Shown here: positions 1 to 8,920 of the stretch, one piece after another
Position numbering within the stretch: the stretch's first letter is position 1
Layout: every line of letters starts with the position of its first letter
Assembly: GCA_944324155.1 (NCBI GenBank)
Contig: CALUVF010000081.1
Coordinates: 31-64,030 of the forward strand
Direction of reading: 5' to 3'
Origin: an uncultured Erysipelotrichaceae bacterium
GTDB lineage: Bacteria; Bacillota_I; Bacilli_A; Erysipelotrichales; Erysipelotrichaceae
DNA length: 64,000 nt
Made by a program: the position numbers and the translations under genes
The notes under the pieces: model-generated
The model's input: only the letters and a program-made list of their open reading frames with translations
Database searches by the model: none
What the model was told of the DNA's origin: nothing

Positions 1-33
1 TCGTGCATCAAACCTTTGAGGCCTTTGAATAGT

Positions 34-426
34 ATGTGCGTATTCTGCGAGATAATAAAGGGCAATATCCCTTCTAGCAAGGTCTATGAAGACGATAGAG
101 TCTTAGCGATCTTAGATCTTAGCCAGACCACCAAAGGTCATACCTTAGTGATGCCTAAGAAGCATTACGAAGATCTTAGTGCGATCCCAAGCGATGAATT
201 AATGGATCTGATGTCGAAGGTCCAAATGATTGCCAAACACCTTGAAAAGGTTTTAAATGCCAAAGGCTATAATATCCTGATCAATAAAGGCGAAGTCGCG
301 GGACAGACGATGATGCATCTACATGTCCACATCATACCGCGCTATAGCGAAGATGATACGATCAAGATCGAATTTAGTGAAAACAAATTCGATCTAAACA
401 GCCTATCAAAAAAAGTCAAGTTATAA
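34..426 (+). CDS. HIT-family (histidine triad) nucleotide-binding protein
   Basis: ORF 16-426. Histidine triad 'HLHVHIIP' and N-terminal 'CVFCEIIKG' are typical of HIT/Hint proteins. ATG at 34 preferred over TTG at 16. Confidence 0.85.
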   Translation: MCVFCEIIKGNIPSSKVYEDDRVLAILDLSQTTKGHTLVMPKKHYEDLSAIPSDELMDLMSKVQMIAKHLEKVLNAKGYNILINKGEVAGQTMMHLHVHIIPRYSEDDTIKIEFSENKFDLNSLSKKVKL

Positions 427-470
427 AAACTTGGCTTTTTTATCGCCTAAATCAAAAACCCCTTAAGGGC

Positions 471-1406
471 TTAATCGTGCTTATAGAAACTGCGGTTCTC
501 TAAGGCAAACAATTTAGGAGTAAACTCCCCTTCTTTGATCTGATCCAAAGCTTTTGTGATCGTATTGATACGAGCATCGATATTATCGATCAGATAGAGA
601 AGTTCCGCTTCAAGAGTCATGGGTCTGACAGGCGAGCCAAATTCTAGCTGTCCGTGATGCGCCAAAACCATATGTCTTAAGATCAGGGCTTCTTTAGCTT
701 CTGATAACTTGAGATCATCGATCACTTCTGTTAGCTTGGCATGTAAGATCGAGATATGTCCCAAAAGCTTGCCTTTGGTCGTATATTCAGTAACAATCGG
801 TGAAGACAGTTCTTCGATCTTACCAAGGTCATGTAAGATTATGCCAGCACACAGATAATCGTAATCGACCTGCGGGTAAATCTCAGTGATCGCCTTAGCC
901 ACCTCTAACATGCCTTTGACATGCGTAGCTAATCCTCCGATAAAAGAGTGATGGATCTTAGAGGCCGCCGGGTATTCATAGAAAGCTTCGCCATACTCAT
1001 TTAAGACGGCTACTGTGATCTTGGCAATGATCGGATTTTTGATGCGATTGATCGCTTCTGATAAAGCACTTCTCAATTCTTCTTTTTTGATCGGCGATTT
1101 AAAAATAAAATCGCTCTTATTGATCTCACTTTGGATCAAAGGCAAGACCTTGGCGATCTTTAATTGCAGGTTTTGACGATATTTGATGACGTCAAATTCA
1201 AACTCAAAGACCTTCCCTACTTCCATCTCTTTAGCGATCTCAGGTTTGACATCCCAGATCTTAGCTTCGATATCTTTGGAATCATCTTGTAATATAAGAC
1301 TTAGATAAGGTGCCCCGGAATTAGTCGTTCCTTTTGTCAAACCAGCGACCAAAAGAGGCATCTCAAGATGTTCGCCTTCTTTAAAATCCGCAACTTTTTT
1401 ATTCAT
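471..1406 (-). CDS. yhaM: 3'-5' exoribonuclease YhaM-like (OB-fold + HD domain)
   Basis: 311 aa. N-terminal OB-fold region and C-terminal HD motif 'ILHDLGK ... HH'. Start overlaps the stop of the upstream gene (ATGAATAA). Confidence 0.8.
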   Translation of the reverse strand: MNKKVADFKEGEHLEMPLLVAGLTKGTTNSGAPYLSLILQDDSKDIEAKIWDVKPEIAKEMEVGKVFEFEFDVIKYRQNLQLKIAKVLPLIQSEINKSDFIFKSPIKKEELRSALSEAINRIKNPIIAKITVAVLNEYGEAFYEYPAASKIHHSFIGGLATHVKGMLEVAKAITEIYPQVDYDYLCAGIILHDLGKIEELSSPIVTEYTTKGKLLGHISILHAKLTEVIDDLKLSEAKEALILRHMVLAHHGQLEFGSPVRPMTLEAELLYLIDNIDARINTITKALDQIKEGEFTPKLFALENRSFYKHD

Positions 1407-3390
1407 CTTTCCACCTCATTTCATTCAATATCGTATAGATATTATCACTAGTATAACCCTTAGAGGCCAGATAGTGATAGACGCGATTTCTAAGATCTGT
1501 CCCTGATAGTTTTTTAGCATAGCGATCTTTGGCCTTTTTAGCGTCTTTACGAAGGTTTTCGATCTCATTGAAACTAGCATCGCTGAAATCGAGTTCGTTT
1601 ATTACGCTATCGATTATCGTGCTAGAAAAGCCTTCCTCATATAGTTTTCTTTTAAGCATCATCTTTTGCATGCGCAAAGAGCGCGAACGATAATTGTTTT
1701 GATATTTTTCAGCTAGTTTATAAGCTTTCTTAAACTCTCTATCATCATCTTTATTCATGACCTTTTCGATCGTCTTGACACTTACACCATCTTTTCTTAA
1801 GGCATTTGAGATATGCTTATAAGAAAATAATTTTGCCTCAAAACTTTCGACTTTGTTTTTGGCATAGGACTCATCGTTTAAAAGTCCGAGCTTTTCTAAA
1901 CGATCGATCAAGGCATTGATCTCTTTAATCGGCATTTGAGGATACTTTTTTTGAATAAGGTCATACATCTGCTTGATAGTATAGTCTTTGCGTGCTATAG
2001 CTTTAAGACAAGCCACATAAGCCAAGATGCCAGCTTCCTTAGACTTTAAAAGATCATAGGTCGCATTAGAAATACTTTCGCCCTTGCGAAGGCCCTCGTT
2101 TAGAAAATCATCTAAGGAAACGACCAGATCTTCTTTTTCTTTATAGCCGTTTTCTAATTTGAGCTTAACATAGTCGTTATATAAACGGACATCTTTTAAA
2201 AGGTAGTAATCATGAAATTCACTCATAGCACTATTATATACATTCATGACTTTTCTAACAAAGGTATCGGCATCATATTCTTTAGCTAGTGTCAGACCCT
2301 TTTCTTTCATCTCTTCGCGTTTTGCCTTATCTAATGACCATAACTTTTCCACCTTTTGATACAGTTCTTTTTCGTCATCAAAATAAAAACCGTTCTCTTC
2401 TTCAAACAAGAGATCTTTAACACATTCATCGCGGCGGGCAAAGATGATATTGCCACTAGCCATGGCTTCTAGATAGGTCATGCCCTGGGTTTCACTTGTA
2501 GAAGCGCTGATAAAGGCATCGGCGGCATGATAGTAGCTTGGCACTTCGCTAAAAGGCTTTTTGCCGACAAAGATCGCGACATCGCCAAGTTCTAATTCTT
2601 TGGCCATATCTTTTAGGTTATCTTCATCTGGTCCCCCACCTACGATCACAAGCTTGGCAGGCAGTTTTTTATCTTTGGCGATCTTCATCATCTTCAAAAG
2701 CATGTCGATCGATTTTTCCTGCGCGATCCGGCCTACAAAAAGCAGCATCAATTCATTATCTTTGACATGGCATTCCTTTCTGATCATAGCCACCTTGGAA
2801 TGATCAGAGTGGACACGGTCAAAGCGGTCTAATTCAATACCGGTAGGAATGATCTCAGCTTTGACACCCATGCCATAGCTGGATTTTAAAAGATCGTAGG
2901 TCTTTTTAGAAGGAACGATCATTCTTAAACAGTGTTTGCCAAGATATTTGGTCCAGTTGATGACGACCTTTTTGGCAATTTTATCAAACGAGTCACTATT
3001 AAAGATGTTGATGTAGTGGGTATAGTCTTCATAAGTCGTATGATAGGTCCGCACTAAGGGAAGATGCAAAGATTCAGCGCACATCTGCCCAAAGATCCCA
3101 ACGCCAAATTCGGTATGCAGGTGAATGAGATCAAGATCCAATTTCCTAATTTCATCGATCATTAAAGGGTGTATGGGCGAAGTTAAAGCATAGCCATAGA
3201 GCTTTTTAACTTCGATCCCTGGAAGCCTGATGATGTTGCCGTCTCTTTCGACTTTCAATAAGCCCTTATGGGTACATATGACAAAAACCTCATGTCCGAG
3301 TTGACTGAGTTTTTTTCTGAGCAGTTCAACTGATGTCACGACGCCATTGACATCAGGTAGATAGGTATCTGAAAATAATCCGATCCGCAT
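1399..3390 (-). CDS. GT4 glycosyltransferase (monoglucosyl-diacylglycerol synthase-like) fused to a C-terminal RecX domain
   Basis: 663 aa. Residues 1 to about 390 are GT4 ('MRIGLFSDTYLPDVNGV', 'ETQGMTYLEAMASG'). Residues about 395-663 align by eye along the whole length with long Bacillus-type RecX ('LIDRLEKLGLLNDESYA', 'LRKDGVSVKTIEKV', 'YEEGFSSTIIDSVI', 'LASKGYTSDNIYTIL'). No stop at the junction (about nt 2208). Confidence 0.8.
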   Translation of the reverse strand: MRIGLFSDTYLPDVNGVVTSVELLRKKLSQLGHEVFVICTHKGLLKVERDGNIIRLPGIEVKKLYGYALTSPIHPLMIDEIRKLDLDLIHLHTEFGVGIFGQMCAESLHLPLVRTYHTTYEDYTHYINIFNSDSFDKIAKKVVINWTKYLGKHCLRMIVPSKKTYDLLKSSYGMGVKAEIIPTGIELDRFDRVHSDHSKVAMIRKECHVKDNELMLLFVGRIAQEKSIDMLLKMMKIAKDKKLPAKLVIVGGGPDEDNLKDMAKELELGDVAIFVGKKPFSEVPSYYHAADAFISASTSETQGMTYLEAMASGNIIFARRDECVKDLLFEEENGFYFDDEKELYQKVEKLWSLDKAKREEMKEKGLTLAKEYDADTFVRKVMNVYNSAMSEFHDYYLLKDVRLYNDYVKLKLENGYKEKEDLVVSLDDFLNEGLRKGESISNATYDLLKSKEAGILAYVACLKAIARKDYTIKQMYDLIQKKYPQMPIKEINALIDRLEKLGLLNDESYAKNKVESFEAKLFSYKHISNALRKDGVSVKTIEKVMNKDDDREFKKAYKLAEKYQNNYRSRSLRMQKMMLKRKLYEEGFSSTIIDSVINELDFSDASFNEIENLRKDAKKAKDRYAKKLSGTDLRNRVYHYLASKGYTSDNIYTILNEMRWKDE

Positions 3391-3403
3391 AAAATAACCC
3401 CCT

Positions 3404-4423
3404 TTAGCGCTTGAGCCTTAGATAAGCAAAACAGCCCGCACCAATAAACATTACCAGATAGAAAGTTAAAAAACGCCACAAAAGCATAGCTCCGCTGACG
3501 ATATTAGTTCCAAACAGGTTGCCAAACATCAAAACAAAGATAGCCTCGGCCCCGCCACTGGCCCCAGGAATTGGTATTAATCCGGTAGCGATCGAGACAA
3601 AAGAGCCCATGGCGATCGAATTTAAGAATAATTCAAAAGAAAGCGGTACTCCTAAGGCCAAAAAAACCACATAGGGAATGGCGTAATAGACCAGTAGTCT
3701 TATGACGCACAAAAGACCGCATTTAATGATAACGCCTTTATTGTGACGAAGCTTTTCTGCTTCGCTGCGAAATTTTTCAAGTTGGACCTCAATTGAGGCG
3801 ATCGTTTTTTCGGGATCCTTTACAAGATGAACGCGATGTCCTAAATATACCCCTTTGTTTTTGATCCATTCATGCAGGCGCTTAAACTTCGCTAAACCAT
3901 AGATAAAGAAAATAATGGCCGTATTTAAAGCAAAACCAATGAGCACAACCGCAAAAAGATTAGAAAAATTGGAATAAAAATACGGGAATTTAATAATGAT
4001 AAAAAACAAAGAAACCAAAGTCAGAACACTTTGATAAATAATGAACTCTAACCACAAAACACTGCCTGAATCCCCGATATCAACCCCTTGCTTCTTATAG
4101 ACATAGATCTGAGCGATCTGACCGCCGCTGGCTGAAGGTGTTAAACCATGAAATAAAGAAGCCACAAAAGAATTGAGGAAACCCTGACTGGCACGATATT
4201 CAGGGTGCGTGATATTGGTGAGGACCTTTAAACATAGACCGACCATAAATTGCCAGACAAATACTAAAAACAAGGCCAATAAAAGAATCCAAGGATCGGC
4301 CGAAGCGATGGTATTTAAGATCACATCGGGATCATCTTTTAAAACAAGCCACAAGACAAAGGCACCGATCGCAATGATAAAACCTAAATTGACAAAGGTA
4401 TTAGAGAAAATCTTTTTAATCAT
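3404..4423 (-). CDS. flippase-like / LPG_synthase_TM (UPF0104) family polytopic membrane protein
   Basis: 339 aa with multiple hydrophobic helices. Sandwiched between and overlapping (ATGA) two glycolipid-type GT4 genes. Confidence 0.55.
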   Translation of the reverse strand: MIKKIFSNTFVNLGFIIAIGAFVLWLVLKDDPDVILNTIASADPWILLLALFLVFVWQFMVGLCLKVLTNITHPEYRASQGFLNSFVASLFHGLTPSASGGQIAQIYVYKKQGVDIGDSGSVLWLEFIIYQSVLTLVSLFFIIIKFPYFYSNFSNLFAVVLIGFALNTAIIFFIYGLAKFKRLHEWIKNKGVYLGHRVHLVKDPEKTIASIEVQLEKFRSEAEKLRHNKGVIIKCGLLCVIRLLVYYAIPYVVFLALGVPLSFELFLNSIAMGSFVSIATGLIPIPGASGGAEAIFVLMFGNLFGTNIVSGAMLLWRFLTFYLVMFIGAGCFAYLRLKR

Positions 4424-5424
4424 AACTTTTGATAGACCCTTTCATATACTGTCTTTAATTGTTTGCCGATCTCTTCGATCGAACGTGACTTGGCCACTTC
4501 ATAACCTCCTTCAGTGGTCGAGGGGAGCTCTTTTTTTAAGCAAGCATCAATCAAACGGATAAAATCTTCCTTGGTTTTACCCATATAGCAATTTTCTTTA
4601 TCCTTTAACCAACCTTCAAAAGCCCCAATATCGCGCACGATAACCTGCTGTTTTGAAGCCAGGGCCTCTAAGACGACGATGCCTTCGGTCTCTTCATAAG
4701 ACGGGAAAAAGAAACAATCGCTGGCCAAATAGGCCCCTTCAATGATCGCGCCTTTAACATAACCGGGCATTATGACATTTAAGGGCAGATCTTCTAAAGC
4801 TTTATTGATGACCGGAGGTAAAGATATCTTAGGTGTAGTGCCAAACCAGATGAATTTATACTCTGGCAAGGCCCTGGCCACCTCGAAGAAATCCAAGATC
4901 CCCTTTCTTTCAAAAAGCATGCCGACCCCTAAGACGATCTTGTCATCTCTTGAAAGCGAGAAGTAGCGATAAAAGGCTTCAACCTTATCTTTGTCATATA
5001 CAAAGCGTCCTAAATCGATGCCATTGCTTATAGGGGTAATGGGAAGTTCAATGCCATAAGAATGCAAAAGGCTCTTGGCATAAGGCGTTGGGGTGATAAT
5101 CTCGTCGGCGCTTGAATAAAGCGAGATCAAATGATTTTTGACAAAAGGTGCCAGCTGGTTAGAGAACATAAAGGAGTTACGAAAATCCTCTTCCGTAGAA
5201 TGAGCATGATAAATAACTGCCCGATGATGGCGGCGGGCATTTTCGACCATCGCTTTGGAATTTAAAAGCGTCGTATTAATATGTAAGATATCGTAGTCAT
5301 CTAAGGGATTTAAAGTGTAATCAATACCAGCACTCTCGCAAGCCATGATCTGATGGCGGCGGGCTCGGCCAATCCCTGAAATCGATAAAACTTTTTCACT
5401 TTCAAAATATAACAATACTTTCAT
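4420..5424 (-). CDS. GT4 glycosyltransferase (diglucosyl-diacylglycerol synthase / CpoA-like)
   Basis: 334 aa. GT4 C-terminal motif 'PSYEETEGIVVLEALAS'. Size and context match the second glucolipid synthase of mollicutes and streptococci. Confidence 0.7.
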   Translation of the reverse strand: MKVLLYFESEKVLSISGIGRARRHQIMACESAGIDYTLNPLDDYDILHINTTLLNSKAMVENARRHHRAVIYHAHSTEEDFRNSFMFSNQLAPFVKNHLISLYSSADEIITPTPYAKSLLHSYGIELPITPISNGIDLGRFVYDKDKVEAFYRYFSLSRDDKIVLGVGMLFERKGILDFFEVARALPEYKFIWFGTTPKISLPPVINKALEDLPLNVIMPGYVKGAIIEGAYLASDCFFFPSYEETEGIVVLEALASKQQVIVRDIGAFEGWLKDKENCYMGKTKEDFIRLIDACLKKELPSTTEGGYEVAKSRSIEEIGKQLKTVYERVYQKL

Positions 5425-5430
5425 GTGTCC

Positions 5431-5439
5431 ATTTTACCA
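5431..5439 (-). promoter_or_regulatory. extended -10 promoter TGGTAAAAT placed 6 nt upstream of the ATG (predicted leaderless mRNA)
   Basis: Minus-strand reading: catGGTAAAAT-ggacac-ATG, with TG at -15/-14. No Shine-Dalgarno is possible in the 6-nt spacer. Confidence 0.55.
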
Positions 5440-5471
5440 TGTAAATGTAAAATAAAAACATACAAAAACCT

Positions 5472-5504
5472 TACAAAACAAAAACAGGCCTTTTTTAAGC
5501 CTGC
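5472..5504 (-). terminator. rho-independent terminator after pyk
   Basis: Minus strand: CAGGC-ttaaaaaag-GCCTG followed by TTTTTGTTTTG. Short GC-rich stem. Confidence 0.5.
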
Positions 5505-5512
5505 TTAATGTC

Positions 5513-6928
5513 TTATTTTACTTCAACGATCTTCATCATATTGGCACTGCCTTCACCCGTAGGATAGCCAGCCGAGATGATGATGAGCTGTCCGGGCTTT
5601 AAACCATTGGCCTTGGCAACCGCACTGGCCAGTTCATCGTCATTGGTCATTTCGTTTTGGACCTTAGAGAAGATCGGGTGAACGCCCCAATAGACTTCTA
5701 GTTTAGACTGCGTCGATTTTGAGAAAGTCACAGCATAGATCGGACAGCTTGGACGATACTTAGAAAGTCTTCGTGCCGTCGTACCACCTTGTGTAAAGAC
5801 CACGATCGCCCCAATATCTAAAGTTAGAGTCGCATCAGAAATAGATATACCGATCGCATCTTGAACGGTCTTGTCATTATATTGTTTTAAAACTTCTAAG
5901 TTATTGCGATAAGGAATGATCTTTTCGGTCGCCTCAATGATCTTGGACATCGTAGCTACTGCTTCGACGGGATAATCACCAGCGGCGCTTTCAGCCGACA
6001 ACATGACCGCATCACTGCCATCTAAGACGGCATTGGCCACATCGCTGGCTTCCGCCCTGGTGCAACGTGGGTTGGCGGTCATTGAATCTAGCATATGAGT
6101 AGCGGTGATTACAGCTTTGCCATGACGATTAGCGGCATGAATGATCTGTTTTTGATAGATTGGGACAAAGGCCGTTTCTACTTCGACCCCGAGGTCACCT
6201 CTTGCGACCATAACGCCATCAGCTGCTTCTAAGATCTCTTCGATATTGTCAAAACCTTCTTGGTTTTCGATCTTAGCGATAATATTGATCTTGGGTTTGC
6301 CCATTTCGGCCAAAATAGCACGGATAGCATTGACATCTTCGGCTCTTCTGACAAAAGATGCGGCAATATAATCGACATTGTGTTCACAACCAAAGCGAAT
6401 ATCGGCATCATCTTTTTCCGAGATAAAAGGCATCGAAAGCTTTACACCTGGAACATTGCAGCCCTTCCTTGAAGAAAGCGGACCATTGACCTCAACCTTA
6501 CAGGTCAATTCTTCGCCGTTATTGGCAAGGATCGCTAAACGCATCTTGCCATCGTTGATGAGGATATAATTTCCAGCCTTGACATCATCAAAAAGCTCTG
6601 GGCATTGGATATGGAAACGCTCGTGGGTACCGATGATCTTTTCTTTGGTGATCGTGACGGTATCGCCGATCTTATATTCCTCTTTGTCGTTGGCAAAATC
6701 CCCTAAACGGATCTCTGGTCCCTTGGTGTCAAGCATTACCCCAAGATTGATGTGGTTTTCTTTTTCGACCTGATGGATAAGCTTAATCCTTTTTTCGTGT
6801 TCTTCATAAGAACCGTGTGAAAAGTTTAAACGCACGATATTCATTCCGGCTTTCGCCATCTTTAATAGCGTATCATAGTTATCGCTGGCTGGACCTAAGG
6901 TACAGACAATTTTAGTTTGTTTATTCAT
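5513..6928 (-). CDS. pyk: pyruvate kinase
   Basis: 'KIVCTLGPAS', 'NFSHG', 'MVARGDLGVE' motifs. ATG at 6928 (MNKQTK) has AAGGGAG about 12 nt upstream. The longer ORF start at 6940 is GTG, abutting that RBS. Confidence 0.95.
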   Translation of the reverse strand: MNKQTKIVCTLGPASDNYDTLLKMAKAGMNIVRLNFSHGSYEEHEKRIKLIHQVEKENHINLGVMLDTKGPEIRLGDFANDKEEYKIGDTVTITKEKIIGTHERFHIQCPELFDDVKAGNYILINDGKMRLAILANNGEELTCKVEVNGPLSSRKGCNVPGVKLSMPFISEKDDADIRFGCEHNVDYIAASFVRRAEDVNAIRAILAEMGKPKINIIAKIENQEGFDNIEEILEAADGVMVARGDLGVEVETAFVPIYQKQIIHAANRHGKAVITATHMLDSMTANPRCTRAEASDVANAVLDGSDAVMLSAESAAGDYPVEAVATMSKIIEATEKIIPYRNNLEVLKQYNDKTVQDAIGISISDATLTLDIGAIVVFTQGGTTARRLSKYRPSCPIYAVTFSKSTQSKLEVYWGVHPIFSKVQNEMTNDDELASAVAKANGLKPGQLIIISAGYPTGEGSANMMKIVEVK

Positions 6929-6952
6929 CTTGTAAAACACTCCCTTTAAACT

Positions 6953-7912
6953 TTATACTAAGCGATCAAATAAACGATATAGATGTTTGCGTGAAGATTT
7001 AGGCATCGCCAAAGCTTCTTCAATTGGGAAAGAGACGATTTCATTCTCTTTGATGCCGACACAATGTCCGCCAACGTTAGAAACAAGCAGGTCAACTGCT
7101 TTTTGACCCATTAGCGAAGCTAAGACACGATCATTAGGTGTTGGTGAACCACCCCTTTGAATATGTCCTAAAACAGTAGCCCGACCGCTAAATCCGGTGG
7201 AAGCCGAGATCTTGCGAGCTAAAGCTTCGACATCACAGATCTTTTCCGAGATCACGACGATCGCGTGGTTTTTACCAAGATTGTCTAGATAACGTAAGCG
7301 ATCAAGGATATCTTCTTCATCATAACCGGTCTCCGGGGATACAACGATCTCCGCCCCGCAGGAAAGACCGGAATAGACTGCCAGATCACCACAATGATTG
7401 CCCATGACTTCCACGACACTGCAACGATGGTGCGAGCTTGACGTATCACGAAGTTTATCCACTGCTTCAACTACGGTATTTAAGGCTGTATCAAAGCCAA
7501 TCGTCTGATCTGTTCCTGGAATATCGTTATCGATCGTACCAGGCAAACCGATACAATTGATCCCTTTGTCGGTCAAAGATTTAGCACCGCGATAAGAGCC
7601 ATCGCCACCAATGACGACCAGCGCATCGATCTCATGTTTCTTTAAGATCTCGCAAGCCTTGTCTTGAACACTGGGATCTTTAAATTCCGGCAAACGGGCA
7701 CTGCCTAAAATCGTTCCGCCGCGCGATAAGATATCCGAGACATCGCTTTTTTCAAAAGGACGCATGCGGTCTTCGATCAATCCAAGGTAACCATCCTGGA
7801 TCCCGAAGACATCAATCCCATTGCCTAATGCACAACGTGTTACCGCTCTAATAGCAGCATTCATACCCGGGGAATCGCCACCCGATGTCAAAATCCCAAT
7901 CTTTCGTATCAT
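6953..7912 (-). CDS. pfkA: ATP-dependent 6-phosphofructokinase
   Basis: '[18 protein letters not shown]', 'GGDGS', 'PGTIDND' motifs. pfkA-pyk arrangement as in Bacillus. Confidence 0.95.
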   Translation of the reverse strand: MIRKIGILTSGGDSPGMNAAIRAVTRCALGNGIDVFGIQDGYLGLIEDRMRPFEKSDVSDILSRGGTILGSARLPEFKDPSVQDKACEILKKHEIDALVVIGGDGSYRGAKSLTDKGINCIGLPGTIDNDIPGTDQTIGFDTALNTVVEAVDKLRDTSSSHHRCSVVEVMGNHCGDLAVYSGLSCGAEIVVSPETGYDEEDILDRLRYLDNLGKNHAIVVISEKICDVEALARKISASTGFSGRATVLGHIQRGGSPTPNDRVLASLMGQKAVDLLVSNVGGHCVGIKENEIVSFPIEEALAMPKSSRKHLYRLFDRLV

Positions 7913-7972
7913 ATCATTTACCTCCTGCTTATTTTAGCACATTATAATTTAGATATAAGGGTATATTTTAGC

Positions 7973-7986
7973 TGTAAGCGCTTAAT
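7973..7986. promoter_or_regulatory. candidate cre (CcpA operator) upstream of pfkA-pyk
   Basis: TGTAAGCGCTTAAT matches the cre consensus TGWAANCGNTNWCA at 12/14 positions. It lies about 27 nt upstream of a TATAAT (-10, minus strand, 7941-7946). Confidence 0.45.
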
Positions 7987-7988
7987 AC

Positions 7989-8912
7989 TTAAAATTGTCG
8001 CCGATCCCTACCACCGATCGCGATCGGATCGCATAATTTCTCGATCCTTTCTAAGAGCCTTTGGGCATTGAGCTCATTGATCGATGCATTACCGCCCTTT
8101 GTATTTCCATAATTAATCTTTAGGGTATTGAGGTCATTATTGGAAGAAATAAGTGTGCACAAAGCGTTTTCTAAGCGATAGTCAAATAAGCTAAACAAGA
8201 TGTCGTCGCGTCCAAAAGAGCTAGCACTTTCCGTGCCCAGATCATCTAAGATCAAATAAGGGACCTTGCATAACGATGAAAACAGTTTATTATATGCTTC
8301 ACGATCACTTATATATAAGGTCCTTAGTTCATTTATCAAACGCCCATACTTGCAAAAAGCCACCTTCTCATTATTTTTGGCTAAAGAGTTAGCTAAGGCT
8401 ATCAAAAGATAAGTTTTTCCAACCCCAAAAGGACCATAAATAAAGAGCCCCTTATTTCTTTCTTTCATAAAGATCTTTTTTAAAAGTACATATAAGACCT
8501 TGGAGTTTTCAGATTCAAAGTCGATCGTTTTAGAATCAAGGCTTAGATCATCAAAAGATGAGGCAATATCACGGACAATAAAGTTCTTATAGAAAGCCTG
8601 AGAGAATTTTTTGCGTTTTAAAAACGAGCAATCGCTATAAATAAGGCGTACATGATGATCATCAAGCACTTCAAGATCAAGCGCGCGGCCCTTTAGTTCA
8701 TATGGGCAACGTTCAAGACCCTGACAATTAAGACATAGTTTACTTTTATCCGCGAAGGTCTTTAAAGCATTTAATTCATATACCTCATTTAACTTTAGAG
8801 AGTGTTTATCTAAAAATTCCTGGACCGCCGTTTCCTTTTCTAACTCTTTAATAAGTTTATTGCGCTTTTTTTGATATTCCTTTTCATCTTGGATAAAGTC
8901 TTTAAATTCCAT
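7989..8912 (-). CDS. dnaI: primosomal helicase loader DnaI
   Basis: 307 aa. Cys-rich N-domain ('CLNCQGLERCP') and AAA+ Walker A 'GPFGVGKTYLL'. Downstream of a dnaB-like gene, as in Bacillus. Confidence 0.85.
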   Translation of the reverse strand: MEFKDFIQDEKEYQKKRNKLIKELEKETAVQEFLDKHSLKLNEVYELNALKTFADKSKLCLNCQGLERCPYELKGRALDLEVLDDHHVRLIYSDCSFLKRKKFSQAFYKNFIVRDIASSFDDLSLDSKTIDFESENSKVLYVLLKKIFMKERNKGLFIYGPFGVGKTYLLIALANSLAKNNEKVAFCKYGRLINELRTLYISDREAYNKLFSSLCKVPYLILDDLGTESASSFGRDDILFSLFDYRLENALCTLISSNNDLNTLKINYGNTKGGNASINELNAQRLLERIEKLCDPIAIGGRDRRQF

Positions 8913-8920
8913 ATGACCCC

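Noticed and set aside
455-470. Palindrome 'cccttaaggg' between the HIT and yhaM genes as a terminator
   Set aside because: With a minimal loop it gives only a 3-bp stem, and there is no adjacent U-tract on either strand. Termination signals here remain unresolved.
2561-4562. Plus-strand ORFs at 2561-2803 and 4209-4562
   Set aside because: Antisense to the GT4-RecX, flippase-like and GT4 genes, with low-complexity translations and no RBS.
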